DNA of 64,000 bases from Lama guanicoe. Its lineage: Eukaryota. The stretch is from NCBI GenBank assembly GCA_013239625.1, contig MU054323.1, positions 8,607,220 to 8,671,219 of the forward strand, written 5' to 3'. This document shows, one piece after another, positions 29,330 through 41,628 of this stretch. Both the position numbers and the translations under genes were made by a program. The notes below the pieces were generated by a model. The model searched no databases, was not told the DNA's origin, and saw only the letters and a list, made by a program, of their open reading frames with translations. The stretch's first letter is position 1. Each line of letters opens with the position of its first letter.

Positions 29330-32300
29330 ATTGAGATGTAATTCATGTACCATGCAATCCACCCACTTAAAGTGTGCAGTATCCTCACAGGGTTGTACAA
29401 CCATCACCGCAATCTAATTTTAGAACATAGTTATACCCAGGAAAAGAAATCTCATTCCCATAGTCACTCTTCATTCCCCCAACCCTCACCAGTCCCTGGA
29501 AACTACAAATCTACTTTGTTTCTATGGATTTGCCTATTTTACACATATCATGAGTGGAATCATACAATACATGACCTTTCGTGTCTGACTTCTTTCACTT
29601 AGCATAATATATTCAAGTTTCATTCATGTAGCATTTATTGTTACTTTATTTCTTTTTATTGCCAAATAAAATTCCTTTATATAGGTGTGCCATATTTTAT
29701 TTTCCCGTTTATCAATTGGTGGACTTTTTTTTTTTTTTTTACTTTTTTGGCAATTACGAACAATGCTGCTGTGAACATTCTTGTACAAGTTTTGTATGGA
29801 CATACGTTTTCATTGATCTTGAGTAGATACCTAGGAGTAGAATTCCTGAATCACATGGTAAGTCTATATTTAACACTTTGAAGAACTGCCAAACTGTCTT
29901 CCAAATCATCTGTACCATTTTTCAATCCCACCAGCAAGGTATGAGGGGTCCAAGTTTTCCTATCCTCACCAACACATGTTATTGTCTGTCTTTTTGATTT
30001 TCGCAAAACTAGTAGATGTGAAATAGTATAATATTGTGATTTTGATTTACATTCTTTTAATGGCTAATGATGTTGAATGTCCTTTCATGTGCATGTTGGC
30101 TGTTTGTTTATCTTCTTTGGAGAAATATCTGTTCAAATCTTTAGCCTATCTTTTAGTTAGGTCACATAGATTTGCTCTGTTTTCTTCTGAGACTTTTGTA
30201 GTTTTTACCCGTTAAATTTACATCTGTGATCCACTTTGAGTTAAATTTTGAATGTGGTTGAAGGGGTCCAACTTCATTCTTTTGCATGTAAATATCCAGT
30301 TGTCCCAACACCATTTGTTGAAGAGACTGTTTTTTCCCCACTGAATTGTCATGATATCCTTGTCAAAAATCTGTTTACCATTGTTTAAGTTTCCTATTGC
30401 CCCTGTAACAAATTACCTCATACTTAGTGGCTTGACACAATACAAATATATTATCTTACAGTTCTGTAGATTAGAAGTCCAACATGGGTCTCACTGGGCT
30501 GAAATCAAGATGTTGGCAGGGCTGTGTTCCTTTCTGAAGGCTCTAAGGGAGAATTCATTATCTTGCCTCTTCCAGCTTCTGAAGGTTGTGCACATTCCTT
30601 GGTTTGTAGTCCCTCTCCTCAATCTTCAAAGCCAGCATCATTGTATCTCCATGATCATTCTTGTGGCTCTAAACAACTCTGCCTCCCTTTTCAATTTTTT
30701 TTTTTGAGTAAAGGTAGATTTATTTAGAGAGAGACACCGAAAGGCAAGAGAAAGGCCACAAGGTATGGGGGTTGGGTGCTCAGATTAGAGTAAAAGTAGG
30801 TACACACTCCATAGACAGAGTGCGGGCTGTCTCCAAAGAAGGAGAGAGAGAGGGCAGTGAACCCTTTCAATTTTTAACTACCCTTGTGATTACATTGGGC
30901 CCAATCCAGGACAATTTATCCTAAAGCCAGCTGATTAGCAACCTTAATTTACCCTTCCCAGGTAACCTAATATTTTCACAGGTTACAGGGACTAAAACAT
31001 GGACATTTAGGAGAGGTATTACTTTGCTTACCAAAACCATAAATGTCCTTCCTTTCCAATCTGAATGCTGGTTTCTTTTTCTTGCCTACTTGCCTTGATA
31101 GAATCTCCAGAACAACATTGAATAAAAGATGAGAGTGGACATCCTTGTTGTGTTCCTGATCTTAGGGAGAAAGCATTCACCAGTAAATCTAGTGTTAGCT
31201 GTGGGTTTTTCATAGATACGCTTTATCAGGTTGAGGGAATTTACTGAACGGTTAGATCATAAAAGGATGTTGGATTCTGTCAAACACTTTTTATTCATCT
31301 GTTGGGTGATCATATGGTTGTTGTCCTTTATTTTATTAATGTAGTGTGTTAAACAGCAATTCATTTTCAAGTGTTAAGCAAACTCTCCATTTCCACTGGG
31401 ACATGGTGTATAATTCTTTTTACATGTTGCTGGATTCTGTTTGTATTTTGTTGAGGAATTTTCTGTCTATATTTGTAAGGGATATTGGTCTGTAGTTTTC
31501 TTGTGACGTCTAGTTTTAGTATCTCCATAAAACTGGGCATCATAGAATGAGTTGGGTTGTGTTCCCTCCTGTTCCATTTGTTGGAACAATTTATGAAGGA
31601 CTGATATTCATTTTTATCTCAATATTTGGTAGAATTCACCAGTGAAGCTGTCTGAGTCTGGGCTTTTCTTGTGGGAGGTTTTTATATTACTAATTCAATC
31701 TCTTACAGTATTTTTTCTCAGATTTTCTGTATCTTCTTAAGTCCATTTTGGTAGTTTGTGTTTTTCTAGGAAATTGTCTGTTCATCTAAGTTACCTATTT
31801 TTGTTGGCATATAGTTGTTTATAGTATTCCCCTTTAATCCTTTTTCTTTGTGTATGGTCAATAAGAATGTTCCCTTTTTCATTTATTTTAGTAATTTGAG
31901 TCCTCTTTTTCTCTTGGTCAGCCTAGATAAAGTTTTCCAATTTTGTTGATCTTAGAACCAACTTTTTTTTCACTTTCTCCAATGTTTTTCTATTCTCTAT
32001 TTTATTTATTTTTGCTCTAATCTTCATTATTTCTTTCCTTCTGCTTGTTCTGAGTTTAGTTTATTCTTCCCTTTCTGGTTTCCTAAGGTAAGTAGGTTTG
32101 AGATTTTTATTGTTTTTTATATATAGACATTTATAGCTATAAATTCTCCCTCTTTCTTACTGCTTTAGCTGCATCCCATAAGTTTTGCTGCATTGTTTTT
32201 CTGTTTTCATTCATCTTAAAGTATTTTCTAATTTCCCTTGCAATTTCTTCTTTGACATACTGATTATTTGGAAGTATGTTGTTTAATTTCTATACCTTTG

Positions 32301-32570
32301 TGAATTTCCTAGATTTATTCTTTTGTTGATTTCTAACTTAATTCCATTGTGGTTGGAGAACATACTTTGCAGGAAATTTATCTTTTTAAATCTTCAGAGG
32401 CTTTTTTTTTATGCCCTAACATATGATCTATTTTGGAAAATGTTTCATGCACGCTTCAGAATAATGTATATTCTGTTGTTGTTGAGTGTTCTTTGATGTC
32501 TGTTCAATTTAGTCAGTTTATCGCATTGGTTGAATCTTCTGTATATTTTTTGGTTTTCTGCCTAATTGTT
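29330..32570 (-). mobile_element. Old antisense L1M (3' UTR and ORF2 remnant) containing a nested MLT1 LTR (~30380-31030)
   Basis: T-rich L1 antisense motifs (CAATGCTGCTGTGAACATTCTTGTACAAG, GAGAGTGGACATCCTTG, ORF2-like NAFSLRSGTQQGCPLS). MLT1 motifs at 30390-30620. Confidence 0.8.
30700..30861 (-). mobile_element. Polyadenylated retrocopy of the R region of the LTR family seen at 24427-25055
   Basis: Aligns to 24559-24706. Poly(T) at 30695-30705, AATAAA at 30724-30719, and a 14-bp TSD with 1 mismatch at 30686-30699 and 30862-30875. Confidence 0.8.
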
Positions 32571-32861
32571 GAATACTGTAAATTTAAGAAAGATTGATAG
32601 ACCAGACATAAGCCTTTCTATAAGCTTGTTTCTTAGATGAAAGGAGTCCCTGCAGTCTTCAGTGAGGCTCTCGGGACTCTCTCCCTTCAGAAGCATGGCT
32701 TCCTTAGACAGCTGCCAAGGTATGAAGAGTCCAGGTCATTAAATTAAAATTTCTAATACCACCTCTTCTCCATTCCACAGTAAATATGAATTCAGACTAT
32801 CCCAGAGAGGGACAAAATACTTTGTTTCCAATGTCAGGATTTGCCCTTAACAGAAATATAT

Positions 32862-33087
32862 ATGTATTAGTCTGGGTTCTTCAGAGAAACAAACCAATGG
32901 GATATATCTGTCTGTGTCTGTGTCTGTGTCTAGATCTATCTAGATATAGATATATGCTATTGGTATCTTCCTAAGAAATTGTTTCATCTAAGTTATCTAC
33001 TTTTGTTGGTGTATGGTTGAGTATATCTATATACCATATACATATATGGTATATGTGTGTATGTATGTGTGTGTATGTGTATGTATG

Positions 33088-33125
<38 letters not shown>

Positions 33126-33527
33126 TATATATGTGAGAGAGAGAAATTTGTTATAAGGAATTGGCTCATGCAGTGAGGGAGGCTGCAAAGTCCCAAGGTT
33201 CACAGTCAGCAAGCTAGAGACCAGGAGAGCCAATGGTATAAGTTCCAGTCCAAGTCTGAGTCCAAAGGCAAAAGACAGATGTCCTAGCTTGAAGACAGGC
33301 AGAGAGGGTAAATTCTCCTTTACTCCACCATTTTGTTCTATTCAGGCCTTCCATGAATTGGACAAGGCCCACTCACATCAGAGAGAACAATTTGCTTATT
33401 AGTCTGCTGATTCAGATGTTAATCTCATCTGGAATCATCCTCACAGGCACACCTAGAATAATGTTTAACCAAATATCTGGGCACCTCTTGGCCCAGTCAG
33501 ACTGATGTAAAAAATTAACCATCACAG
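32862..33527. mobile_element. MLT2-type ERVL LTR with an internal (AT/GT/AC)n microsatellite
   Basis: TGTATTAGTCTGGGTTC..TTATAAGGAATTGGCTCATG..AAATTAACCATCACA, characteristic of MLT2. Confidence 0.75.
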
Positions 33528-34479
33528 TATATAAGTGAAAAGTGACGTGCTTTTTCAAGAGTCTGTGATGCTTAGATTAAAGGAGGCTTTGCCCATTTCA
33601 GCATTTCTAATTGTCTCCCTTTTTTGGTGCCCTGGAGGTTTTTTTCACCCCAGGGCAAGTCATCATAATAAAATTAGGACTGAGTAAGAAGTATGGCTAC
33701 TATAAAGTGATAGAGGGTTCTCATGAAAAGGTGGGTGGTGGGAAAGCAGAACCAGGCAAAATCTCAGGCATATCAGTTTTAGGAAGGAGGTAATATGGAA
33801 GTTGAGATCCAGCCTTAGGGACTGAGGGCTCCCTGAGTTGTGGGACTTTCAGTGCTAAAACCAAAACTGTTTCAGATAAACTGGGATAATTGGTCACCCT
33901 AGAACTTGAATCCTCTTGGAAAATATTCTTTTTCCCCTAAGGGTATGAGGGCCCCAGTTTGAAGATTACTGTTCAAAAAAATTTCTATAGTAATGTCAGT
34001 TTACACTAGCCACTTTCTCCCTTGCTTTGTGTTAATTACTATGTGATTAATAAAACTTTACTGACCAAGCAAATGGAAACACTCTAAGCATTTGGCATCC
34101 AAGTTGGGAACATGATATTGTAATGCAGTTGTTTTCTGTTCTGCTAGCTGTTTCCTGTTGTAGGTGTGATCTAACATACACTTTTTCCAAGAAGTAGTGG
34201 AGAAGAACACTGGACAAGAACACTGTGTTCTGTTTCTTTCAAATGCTCTATAGCAAGCTCTTTCCAGAAATCCACAAGTGTTTGTTGAGAGGATGAATGA
34301 ACGAGTAAATTGATAGTTATCTAAAAAAACCTTTACATTTGCCCTTTTCTTTTTCTTTCTTTTCTGTTTAGGTTCTACATTATAATATGGCAGGAAGGGG
34401 CTGCTTACAGAACTACTTTGAGTGTTCTTGGAGAAATCCTGATTATAAGAGAGGTGTCAGACAACAGAAATAGGTAAAT

Positions 34480-35495
34480 ATTCAAAAAGGGAAAAAAGAC
34501 AAATTCTAGAATCTCGAATCAGTCAAATTTCTAGTTGCCTGCCAGGAAAATTTTACTATTATTAAGAAGAATGTATGTGAGCTCTTAGAAAGGAGCTCTT
34601 AGGAAATGAATGGTCACAATGGCCAGAGTCGGTTCAAGTAAAACAACCTGTAGAGAACAGGCAACCGTCCAGAAGTGGCATATATGCTGTGTCATCAGGG
34701 AAGGCAGTTATATCTGACCTTTCACTTTCCAGGATAAGAAACGTGCTCTTGACCATGCCAACTAAAACACACAGCCTGTAGTCAGTGCCAGAATGCCGAT
34801 TTATAAATTTACTCTAAAAAAGTATTTCACACAGACAGGCAATAATTAGCATATTCTAACCATCTACAGTGTATTTGGAAAGTCAAAATGTAATCAGAAT
34901 CCACATAATTGATTTACCATGAGAAATCATAGTTGTAGGGATTGACTTACCACTTTCAAAATCATCAGTAGTCTCAAATCATGTAGACAGAACTGCCTAG
35001 GAGTCAGAAGGAGGCTAGAAACATGGTTTCAGAACAAGAAAAATTGGGCAAATTAATAAATTGATTGCCTGAGAGCACCAAGCGGAGAGAGTTGGTTTCA
35101 CTCATCTCAATAGAAATACTCAAAGTCTGTTGGGCCAAGCTCTATCTTTTCTGAACGGTGCTGGGATGAGTATCATCGAATTTGTCTCTGTGACTCTTCT
35201 TACTTTTCCAAAGTTGATCAACACATTCCCTCAAACCAGCTACTATGGAGACTTGCTAGATGGGTATTAAAATTTGCACACCTACACTCGAACGTACAGT
35301 GAGTTGCTTTTGCAGTTCTGCAGTGCATTTTACCTTATCCCCAAGTGCTTGTTTGTACCTAAGCATAGTCTTTAAGTACTTCTCACATAAAATTTCCCAC
35401 ATTACTCTTATTTCCTACTTTGTAAATGGGTTTTCTAGCCTGGGAATTAAAATAATCCCTATGGATATTGATTTCATCAAGGCTTTGACAGAGTA
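34480..35495 (+). mobile_element. Highly degenerate CR1/L3-like RT remnant, probably interrupted
   Basis: GATTTCATCAAGGCTTTGACA at ~35470 resembles the LDFSKAFD RT motif, with CR1-like sequence at 34570-34720. Weak. Confidence 0.35.
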
Positions 35496-35746
35496 TTGTG
35501 GGGGGAAACTGTGAGCCAGCCAGTTGAACCATTACTGCTTTTTTGCCTTTTAGCACTTACTGTTCTTTGAAGTATAAAAAAATACACAAATTCCATTATA
35601 TAAAATCCAAACAATGCACACGTGTACAGAGTAAAATTTTAAAATTGGCCTTGACACTCTTCCTATTTTTACTCTCTCCAGGACTATCCACTGTTTATCC
35701 TGTACTTTGGAATATATTTAATATTTAAGTGTATTAATTAGAATCT

Positions 35747-35888
35747 AGGGGGAGGGTATAGCTTAAGTGGTAGAGCTCATGCTTAGCATGTATGAGGTCG
35801 TGGGTTGGATCCCCAGCAGCTCCTCTAAAAATAAAGAAATAAGCCTAATTACCTCCCCCACCAAAAACAAATAAACAAACAAACAAAA
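35747..35888 (+). mobile_element. tRNA-Ala-derived SINE (camelid Vic-1 type)
   Basis: GGGGAGGGTATAGCTTAAGTGGTAGAGC..GCTTAGCATG..GGTTGGATCCCC (A and B boxes), A-rich tail, TSD AGAATCT at 35740-35746 and 35889-35895. Confidence 0.85.
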
Positions 35889-36259
35889 AGAATCTCTGCT
35901 TATGTATCTCCGCTTAATCTATCAATTTCTGAAAGGGGTATGTTAAAATCAGCTATAATTGTTGATTTATCTATTTCTTCCTGCATTTCTGTCAGTTGAT
36001 GCTTGATGTATTTTTGAGGCTATATTATTAGGTACAAAAATATGTTTATTAAAAAAAAGTTTATGATGATTATGTCTTCTTGTTCTGTTGTTCTTTTTAT
36101 CATTTAGCAAATTACAATACACTTTAAAGACAAACCAACCCAGCTTTCTTCTCCAGAAGTTGAAAAATGAATAGTAGGGCAAAACTGAAGAAATAAGAAG
36201 GAAGAAAATTAAAATGATAAGGCTTAAAAATTAGTGAAATGGAGGAGGCTTTCAAAGAA

Positions 36260-36960
36260 TATCGATTCACACTCGTTAGGATAGCAATTATGAAACAAAA
36301 ACAAAACAGACAATAACAAGTGTTGCAGAGGATGTGGAGAAATTGGAACTCCTGTACACAGCCGACGGTATGTAAAATGCTGCAGCTACAATGAAAAATA
36401 GTATGGCAGTCCCTTGAAAAATTAAAAATAGAATTATAATCCAGCAATTTCATTTCTGGGCATATACTCAAAAGAATCAAAAGCAGGGTCTCAAAGAGAT
36501 ATTTGTACACTCATGTTCATGGCAGCATTATTCAAAATAGTGCAAAGGTAGAAACAACCCAATGTCCTTCAAAGATGAATGGATAAACAAAATGTGATAA
36601 ATAATACAATGGAATATTATTCAGCCTTAAAAAGGAAGACAGTTCTGATGTGTGCTGCAACATGGATGAACCTTGTGGACATGCTAAGTGAAATAAATCA
36701 CAGTCACAAAAGGACAAATATTGCATGATTCTACTCATATGGGATACTTAGAATAGTCAACTTTTTAGAGACAGAAAGCTCAGTGGTACTGGGGGTTGGG
36801 GGAAGGGGGAGTTATTGTTTGGTGAGTACAGAATTTCAGTTTTACAATATGAAAAATATTCCTTGAATGGATGGCAGTGATGTTTGCTCAACAGTGTGAA
36901 TGCCACTGAACTCTATACTGTAAAATGGCTAAAATGGTACATTTTATCATAATTTTTTAA
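36260..36960 (+). mobile_element. L1MB-like 3' end
   Basis: ACAAGTGTTGCAGAGGATGTGGAGAAATTGGAAC..CATGGATGAACCTTG..AAAATGG, typical of L1M 3' UTRs. Confidence 0.75.
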
Positions 36961-37399
36961 TGAATAAATAATTTTTGAAGATATAGAATATTGAAATAAA
37001 GACAAAGGCTGGTCTTTGAAAAGGTTGATAATCTAGGTATTTTTCTGGCAACATTGAACAAGAACAAAAAAGAGTTGGGTGCAAATGAAATACAGGACAA
37101 AAAAAAGGGGAAGTATCTGGAGACATAATGGAGAGTGAAAAATAATAAAAGAGGACTCCCATTTGGGGCTGGAAGTAGTGAAACTTCCAGGGCATTTCTA
37201 CAGCACCTGAAGCACTAGGAGAAGAATGAGTGACTGTTCCCAAAGGAGAGCGGGCAACTGTGGCGGGCTTTCTGTCCCTTCAGCTTGCCTCTTCCTAACT
37301 AGCTGTGTGGAGGGTCCAGTGGAGCTCAGCAAATATCCTGGTCCTTGCCTTCAAAGACCTCACATCTAGCACAGGGATAGATGTGTTAAGGAATCCACC

Positions 37400-37740
37400 C
37401 GAGACAGAACAGCATAGAGTGAAGGGCAGCCTTCCAAGTCCAACTGACTGCCTGGACTTTCATCCACCTCCATCACTTATTAGATGTTTGACACTGAGCA
37501 AGTTATTTCACCTCCTGATACCTCAGTTTTCCCATCTGTGAAATAATGATACGAGTCTTTTTTCCTCAAAAGGTTAATTTGAGAAATAAGATAATAAGAT
37601 AATACATATTAATACTTAGCACAGATCTCAAAAGGTTAATTTGAGAAATAAGATAATATATAATTTGAGAAATAAGATAATAAGATAATACATATTAATA
37701 CTTAGCACAGTGCCTGGCGTGTAGTGATCTAAGAACACTG
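37400..37740 (+). mobile_element. MIR element with an internal local duplication (37565-37710)
   Basis: MIR core (CAAGTTATTTCACCTC..CCTCAGTTTTCCCATCTGT..CTTAGCACAGTGCCTGGC). Other MIR-like pieces lie at ~5390-5580, 6700-6850 and 16160-16380. Confidence 0.7.
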
Positions 37741-38362
37741 AGCTTTTAGGAAGCTAGCCAGGATGTGGTTGTGCATAAATTGGGGCACCAATCAAACTGG
37801 GAGATGTGGATCCTGGACTCTGTGGGGTTTGAAGAAATCCTCACAAATCCTTTAAGCATAACCCAAAGGATGGGCAGCCTTTCCCCTGGCAGGGCTGGAG
37901 GAAGGTCTTCCAGGGGGACAGAAAGGTAAAAGTAGAAGCACTGGGTTGGAAATAGGAGGCATGGTTGGGGGATGGGGAGTAGAGCCCTGTGGCTGGAGGT
38001 CGTGTTCACTGACAGGGGGAGGAAAGTTCTTTTCAGTGATGTGCACAGGCCAGCTTCTGACACAGAGAAGGAAGCTCAGGGCCCTTCCATGGACTGTAGC
38101 CCCAGTGCTGAAGTTGCAGGTCTACCCCAGGACTACGGTCAGGGTCAGGCAGGCTCCTGGAAGGGAGCTCCCTTCCCACCATCCTCCTGCCTTCTTCAGC
38201 AGGGGCCTCCTCCCAGGGCTTGGCCACTCCCAGCATCCAGCACCCCCACCCCTTGGCCAGTTGGGAGGCAGTCAGGAGGCTTTTCGTGGGGGCTGTGCCG
38301 GGTGGGCGGTTTTCCCAGAGCAAGGAGTGGAGCAGGACTGAGCTAGCGCCAGCTCCCTCAGA

Positions 38363-38368
38363 TATAAA
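38363..38368 (+). promoter_or_regulatory. Candidate TATA box of TCF23
   Basis: TATAAA ~110 nt upstream of the TCF23 ATG, with a GC-box-like motif at ~38302. Confidence 0.5.
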
Positions 38369-38475
38369 CGTTGCTGGCAGGATGACCAGCCTGCCCCGGC
38401 TAGTGTGAGCCCAAGGGCTCCTCAGCCACTGTGTTCCTGTCCTGGGGCTGCAGCACCACAGCGCAGGGGTGTGGC

Positions 38476-41400
38476 ATGTCACAGAGGGAGGCTGGAGGAG
38501 CACTGGCCATGCCAGCAGTGGGGCCGAGCCCAGCCAGGGCCACGCCACAGTTGCTAGCAGGCACTGACAGGAAGAGGAGCCGCCTGAACAGGACAGGGCA
38601 GGACCTGTGGGAAGAGACCGGCTGGAGCCACCAAAGATGGAACAGAGCTGCGCCTAGCCCACGAGGGGCCAGGGCCAGGAGCCTGGCTCGTGGCCGGGTA
38701 AGGAAACACCGGACCTGAAGAGGGAGCTGGGGGAGGAAGGGGTTGGAGGGGATGCGATGTCACCTCTGATGGCCAAGCCTCACTCACTGTTACTGTCCTG
38801 CCCCAGAGAGGGGACACTGGCCGCTTCCACTCCAAGTCTCTATGCTTGGGTGGTTGGTTGGGATAAATCAGAGCTGGTCTTAACCAGAGTGTGGGTCAGA
38901 GAGCTGGCCCAACTCATTCCTCTCGAGGAAACTGAAGGAGGATGTGAGTTTCCTAAGGTTCCAGAGCAGTGGTCAGCGGCAGGGCCAGAGTGTTTTGGTG
39001 CTCTTCAGCACAGCTGCCTTCTCATCTCCAGAGCTGGCTGGGTCCAGGGTCAGACCTACAGAGCAGAGTGTAGCTACATGTGCCTTGTGTCCCCAGGGCA
39101 TCCTGATAAGTAGGATTCAGACTCAGGTGTGGATGGAACAAGGGCTAGGGGGAGACACAGTGGAAGATGAGAAAGAGAATAGGACTGCCAGTTATGAGCC
39201 CAGGCAAGGCCTCCTCTCCATTTCCTCTGCTGTAAAGTGGGGCTGGGCTGAGAGCAAAGAGGGGACAAAGCTCTAAGGCTCTGGGGTCCCTGCTGTCCTG
39301 CGTGCTACTACTCTGGCAGGAGACCTCGCCCTCGGATGCTCTTAGCATCCAGGGACAATGGAGATGCATCAGACCCACTCACTTGGTGTCCTCTGTGCAG
39401 AGCGAGGCCAGTCCTGAGAATGCTGCGCGGGAGCGGAGTCGGGTGAGGACGCTGCGCCAGGCCTTCCTGGCCCTGCAGGCCACTCTGCCTGCCGTGCCGC
39501 CTGACACCAAGCTGTCCAAGTTGGATGTGCTGGTGCTGGCCACCAGCTACATAGCCCACCTCACCCGCACGCTTGGCCATGAGATGCCTGGCCCTGCCTG
39601 GCCACCCTTCCTGCGTGGACTCCGTTACTTACACCCTCTCAAGGTAGGTCATAGGCCAAGGGCCTTGGGAAAAGGAGTTTGGGATGGGGGATGCTGGACT
39701 CAGGCCCCCTGCCCTGGGCAGAGCTGATGTTGGGGCCGAGTGCTTCCTGCTGTTTCAGAAGGAGGAGCTGAGGCTGGCTCTTGGGACTGCACTGACTCTG
39801 TGTTTCTCATGGGGTGCGATGCGGGTGGCTACTGAAAATGACTTCATGAGTATGCGGTTCTTCAAGAGGAGGGAAATTCTTAAAGGCCCCAAGGCTCTGG
39901 GGCACTTAGTGGTAGAGGAGAAAAGGCGGCTGTTTCCAGGGCTGGGGCCTGGGAAAGGAAAGGAAACACCTAGGAGATTCCTAGATTCCAGGGAGCATCA
40001 CCCCATCATACAATACCTTGGTGTCCTCTGGACTTCTGTCTTCTGGAAGAACAAAAGTCTAAGGAAGCATCTCTCTGGAAGCAACCAAGCTGGGTAGGAA
40101 AGGGGTTGGGGCTGGGGGAGGGGGGGCTTCCTGCACCCACCACTTACCTGCCTGCAGCCTACATTTCCTGAACCTGTTTTATTATACTTGAAAAGGAAGA
40201 TAATGTGAGTTTTAACTTTGCTTCCAGTGTATAAAATGAGATCACAAAGGAAAAGTATGATTAACAATAATCATCATCACAATAACAGCTAACACTACTT
40301 GAGGGCTAAAATTATGCCAGGAGCTAGACTATGTGCTTTAGTGCATTTTTATCTTTTAATCCACATAAAGACTAAATGAGGATTACTTTACAGATAAGGA
40401 AAACAAAGTTTAGGGAGGTTAAGTGGCTGAATGCAGTTTGAATCTCAGAGTATGTGACTTCAGACCCTGGGCTCATAGCCACTAAGCAGGCCCTGGGAGG
40501 AGGTGGGGGGGGGCAGCACTGTAAGTTGCTGATTACAGAGTGTAACTATTATAAAGGGCCATCTTTGCCTTGTGAGGACAATTTTATTTTTAAGGAGGCT
40601 ACTTTTCACCATCTCTCTCCCTTAAACATCATGGTTTTAAAATGTCTTGAAATTTTTTTTCCTTTCATACAAATACAACTAAAATGCAAGAATTTGAGAC
40701 TAAAAGGGGCAACTCTGAAATGCCAGTGGTGGCACCTGGTGCAGGGTCCTGGAGTAGCATAGTTGTTTCCTTAGCTGTAAGATGGTGGCCAAGGTAAGGC
40801 CCTTGCATGGAGTGGGTGATGGATAAAAATGTTGAAGAATGAATAAATGAGAGCCCAGCTTGATCTAGAACTCTGGCAGCTTGGTAGGGTGGGGCACCTA
40901 ACCAAGACCAGTGGCCCAGGTGGAGGGCTGTCAAGAGGAGGGTAGACCTCAGGGCAGAGTAAACCTGGAGTTTTCTGGGACTGCCCACGCTCCTGCTGGA
41001 AGGAGGAACAATCCTGGGAGGTGCCCTGCTTAGAGGGAGCAGGCAGCACTAATGTCTGGGGCCAGAGGCACTTGGGCTGGGTGCTGGGCAAGAGAAGGGG
41101 TCAGTCCTATTCAGTGTCAGGAGGAGACTCTCCCTGCCCCATCTCTGCTGCCCTCTCCACTGCCTAGCCCCTGGCTGCTGCCAGCCCTGCTGGCCACCTC
41201 CCTCCCCACCATGGGGTGCCATTGCTCTCCTCAGACAGCTCCTCCTGCGCCTCTCAGACAGGTTCAAGTGGTCAGGAGAATGTGTGAGACCTTGAGTGGT
41301 GGTGAGCCTGAGACCACTGTCACTGGAGCGGCCCTGGCAGGAGAGGGTCCCAGGAAGGGAGGCTAGGGAAGGAGGAGTTTTGGACATCAAGGACTATGAG

Positions 41401-41628
41401 GAGCTGCCCTACTGCACATGTCTCACGTCCCCTCCCCGTGTCTTGCAGAAGTGGCCAATGCGATCTCGTCTCTATGCCGGAGGTCTGGGATGCTCTGGCC
41501 TGGACTCCACCACAGCCGCCACCTCGGGCCAAAGAGCAAAGGAGGCAGAGGCTGGGCCCCAAGTCTCTGGAGAGGCAGATGCTCTTCTTCCCACCAGGCC
41601 TGTCTCACCAGCATCTGCTGACAAGTGA
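38476..41628 (+). CDS. TCF23: Transcription factor 23 (class II bHLH, OUT), 3 exons, 214 aa, intact
   Basis: Exons 38476-38697, 39401-39643, 41449-41628 (645 nt, GT-AG, phase 0). b[46 protein letters not shown] and the [15 protein letters not shown] motif. Candidate AATAAA at 42960-42965. Confidence 0.96.

Noticed and set aside
35747..35826. tRNA-Ala-like gene (also at 45156-45232)
   Set aside because: A poly(A)-type tail, TSDs and broken stems show these are SINEs, not tRNA genes.
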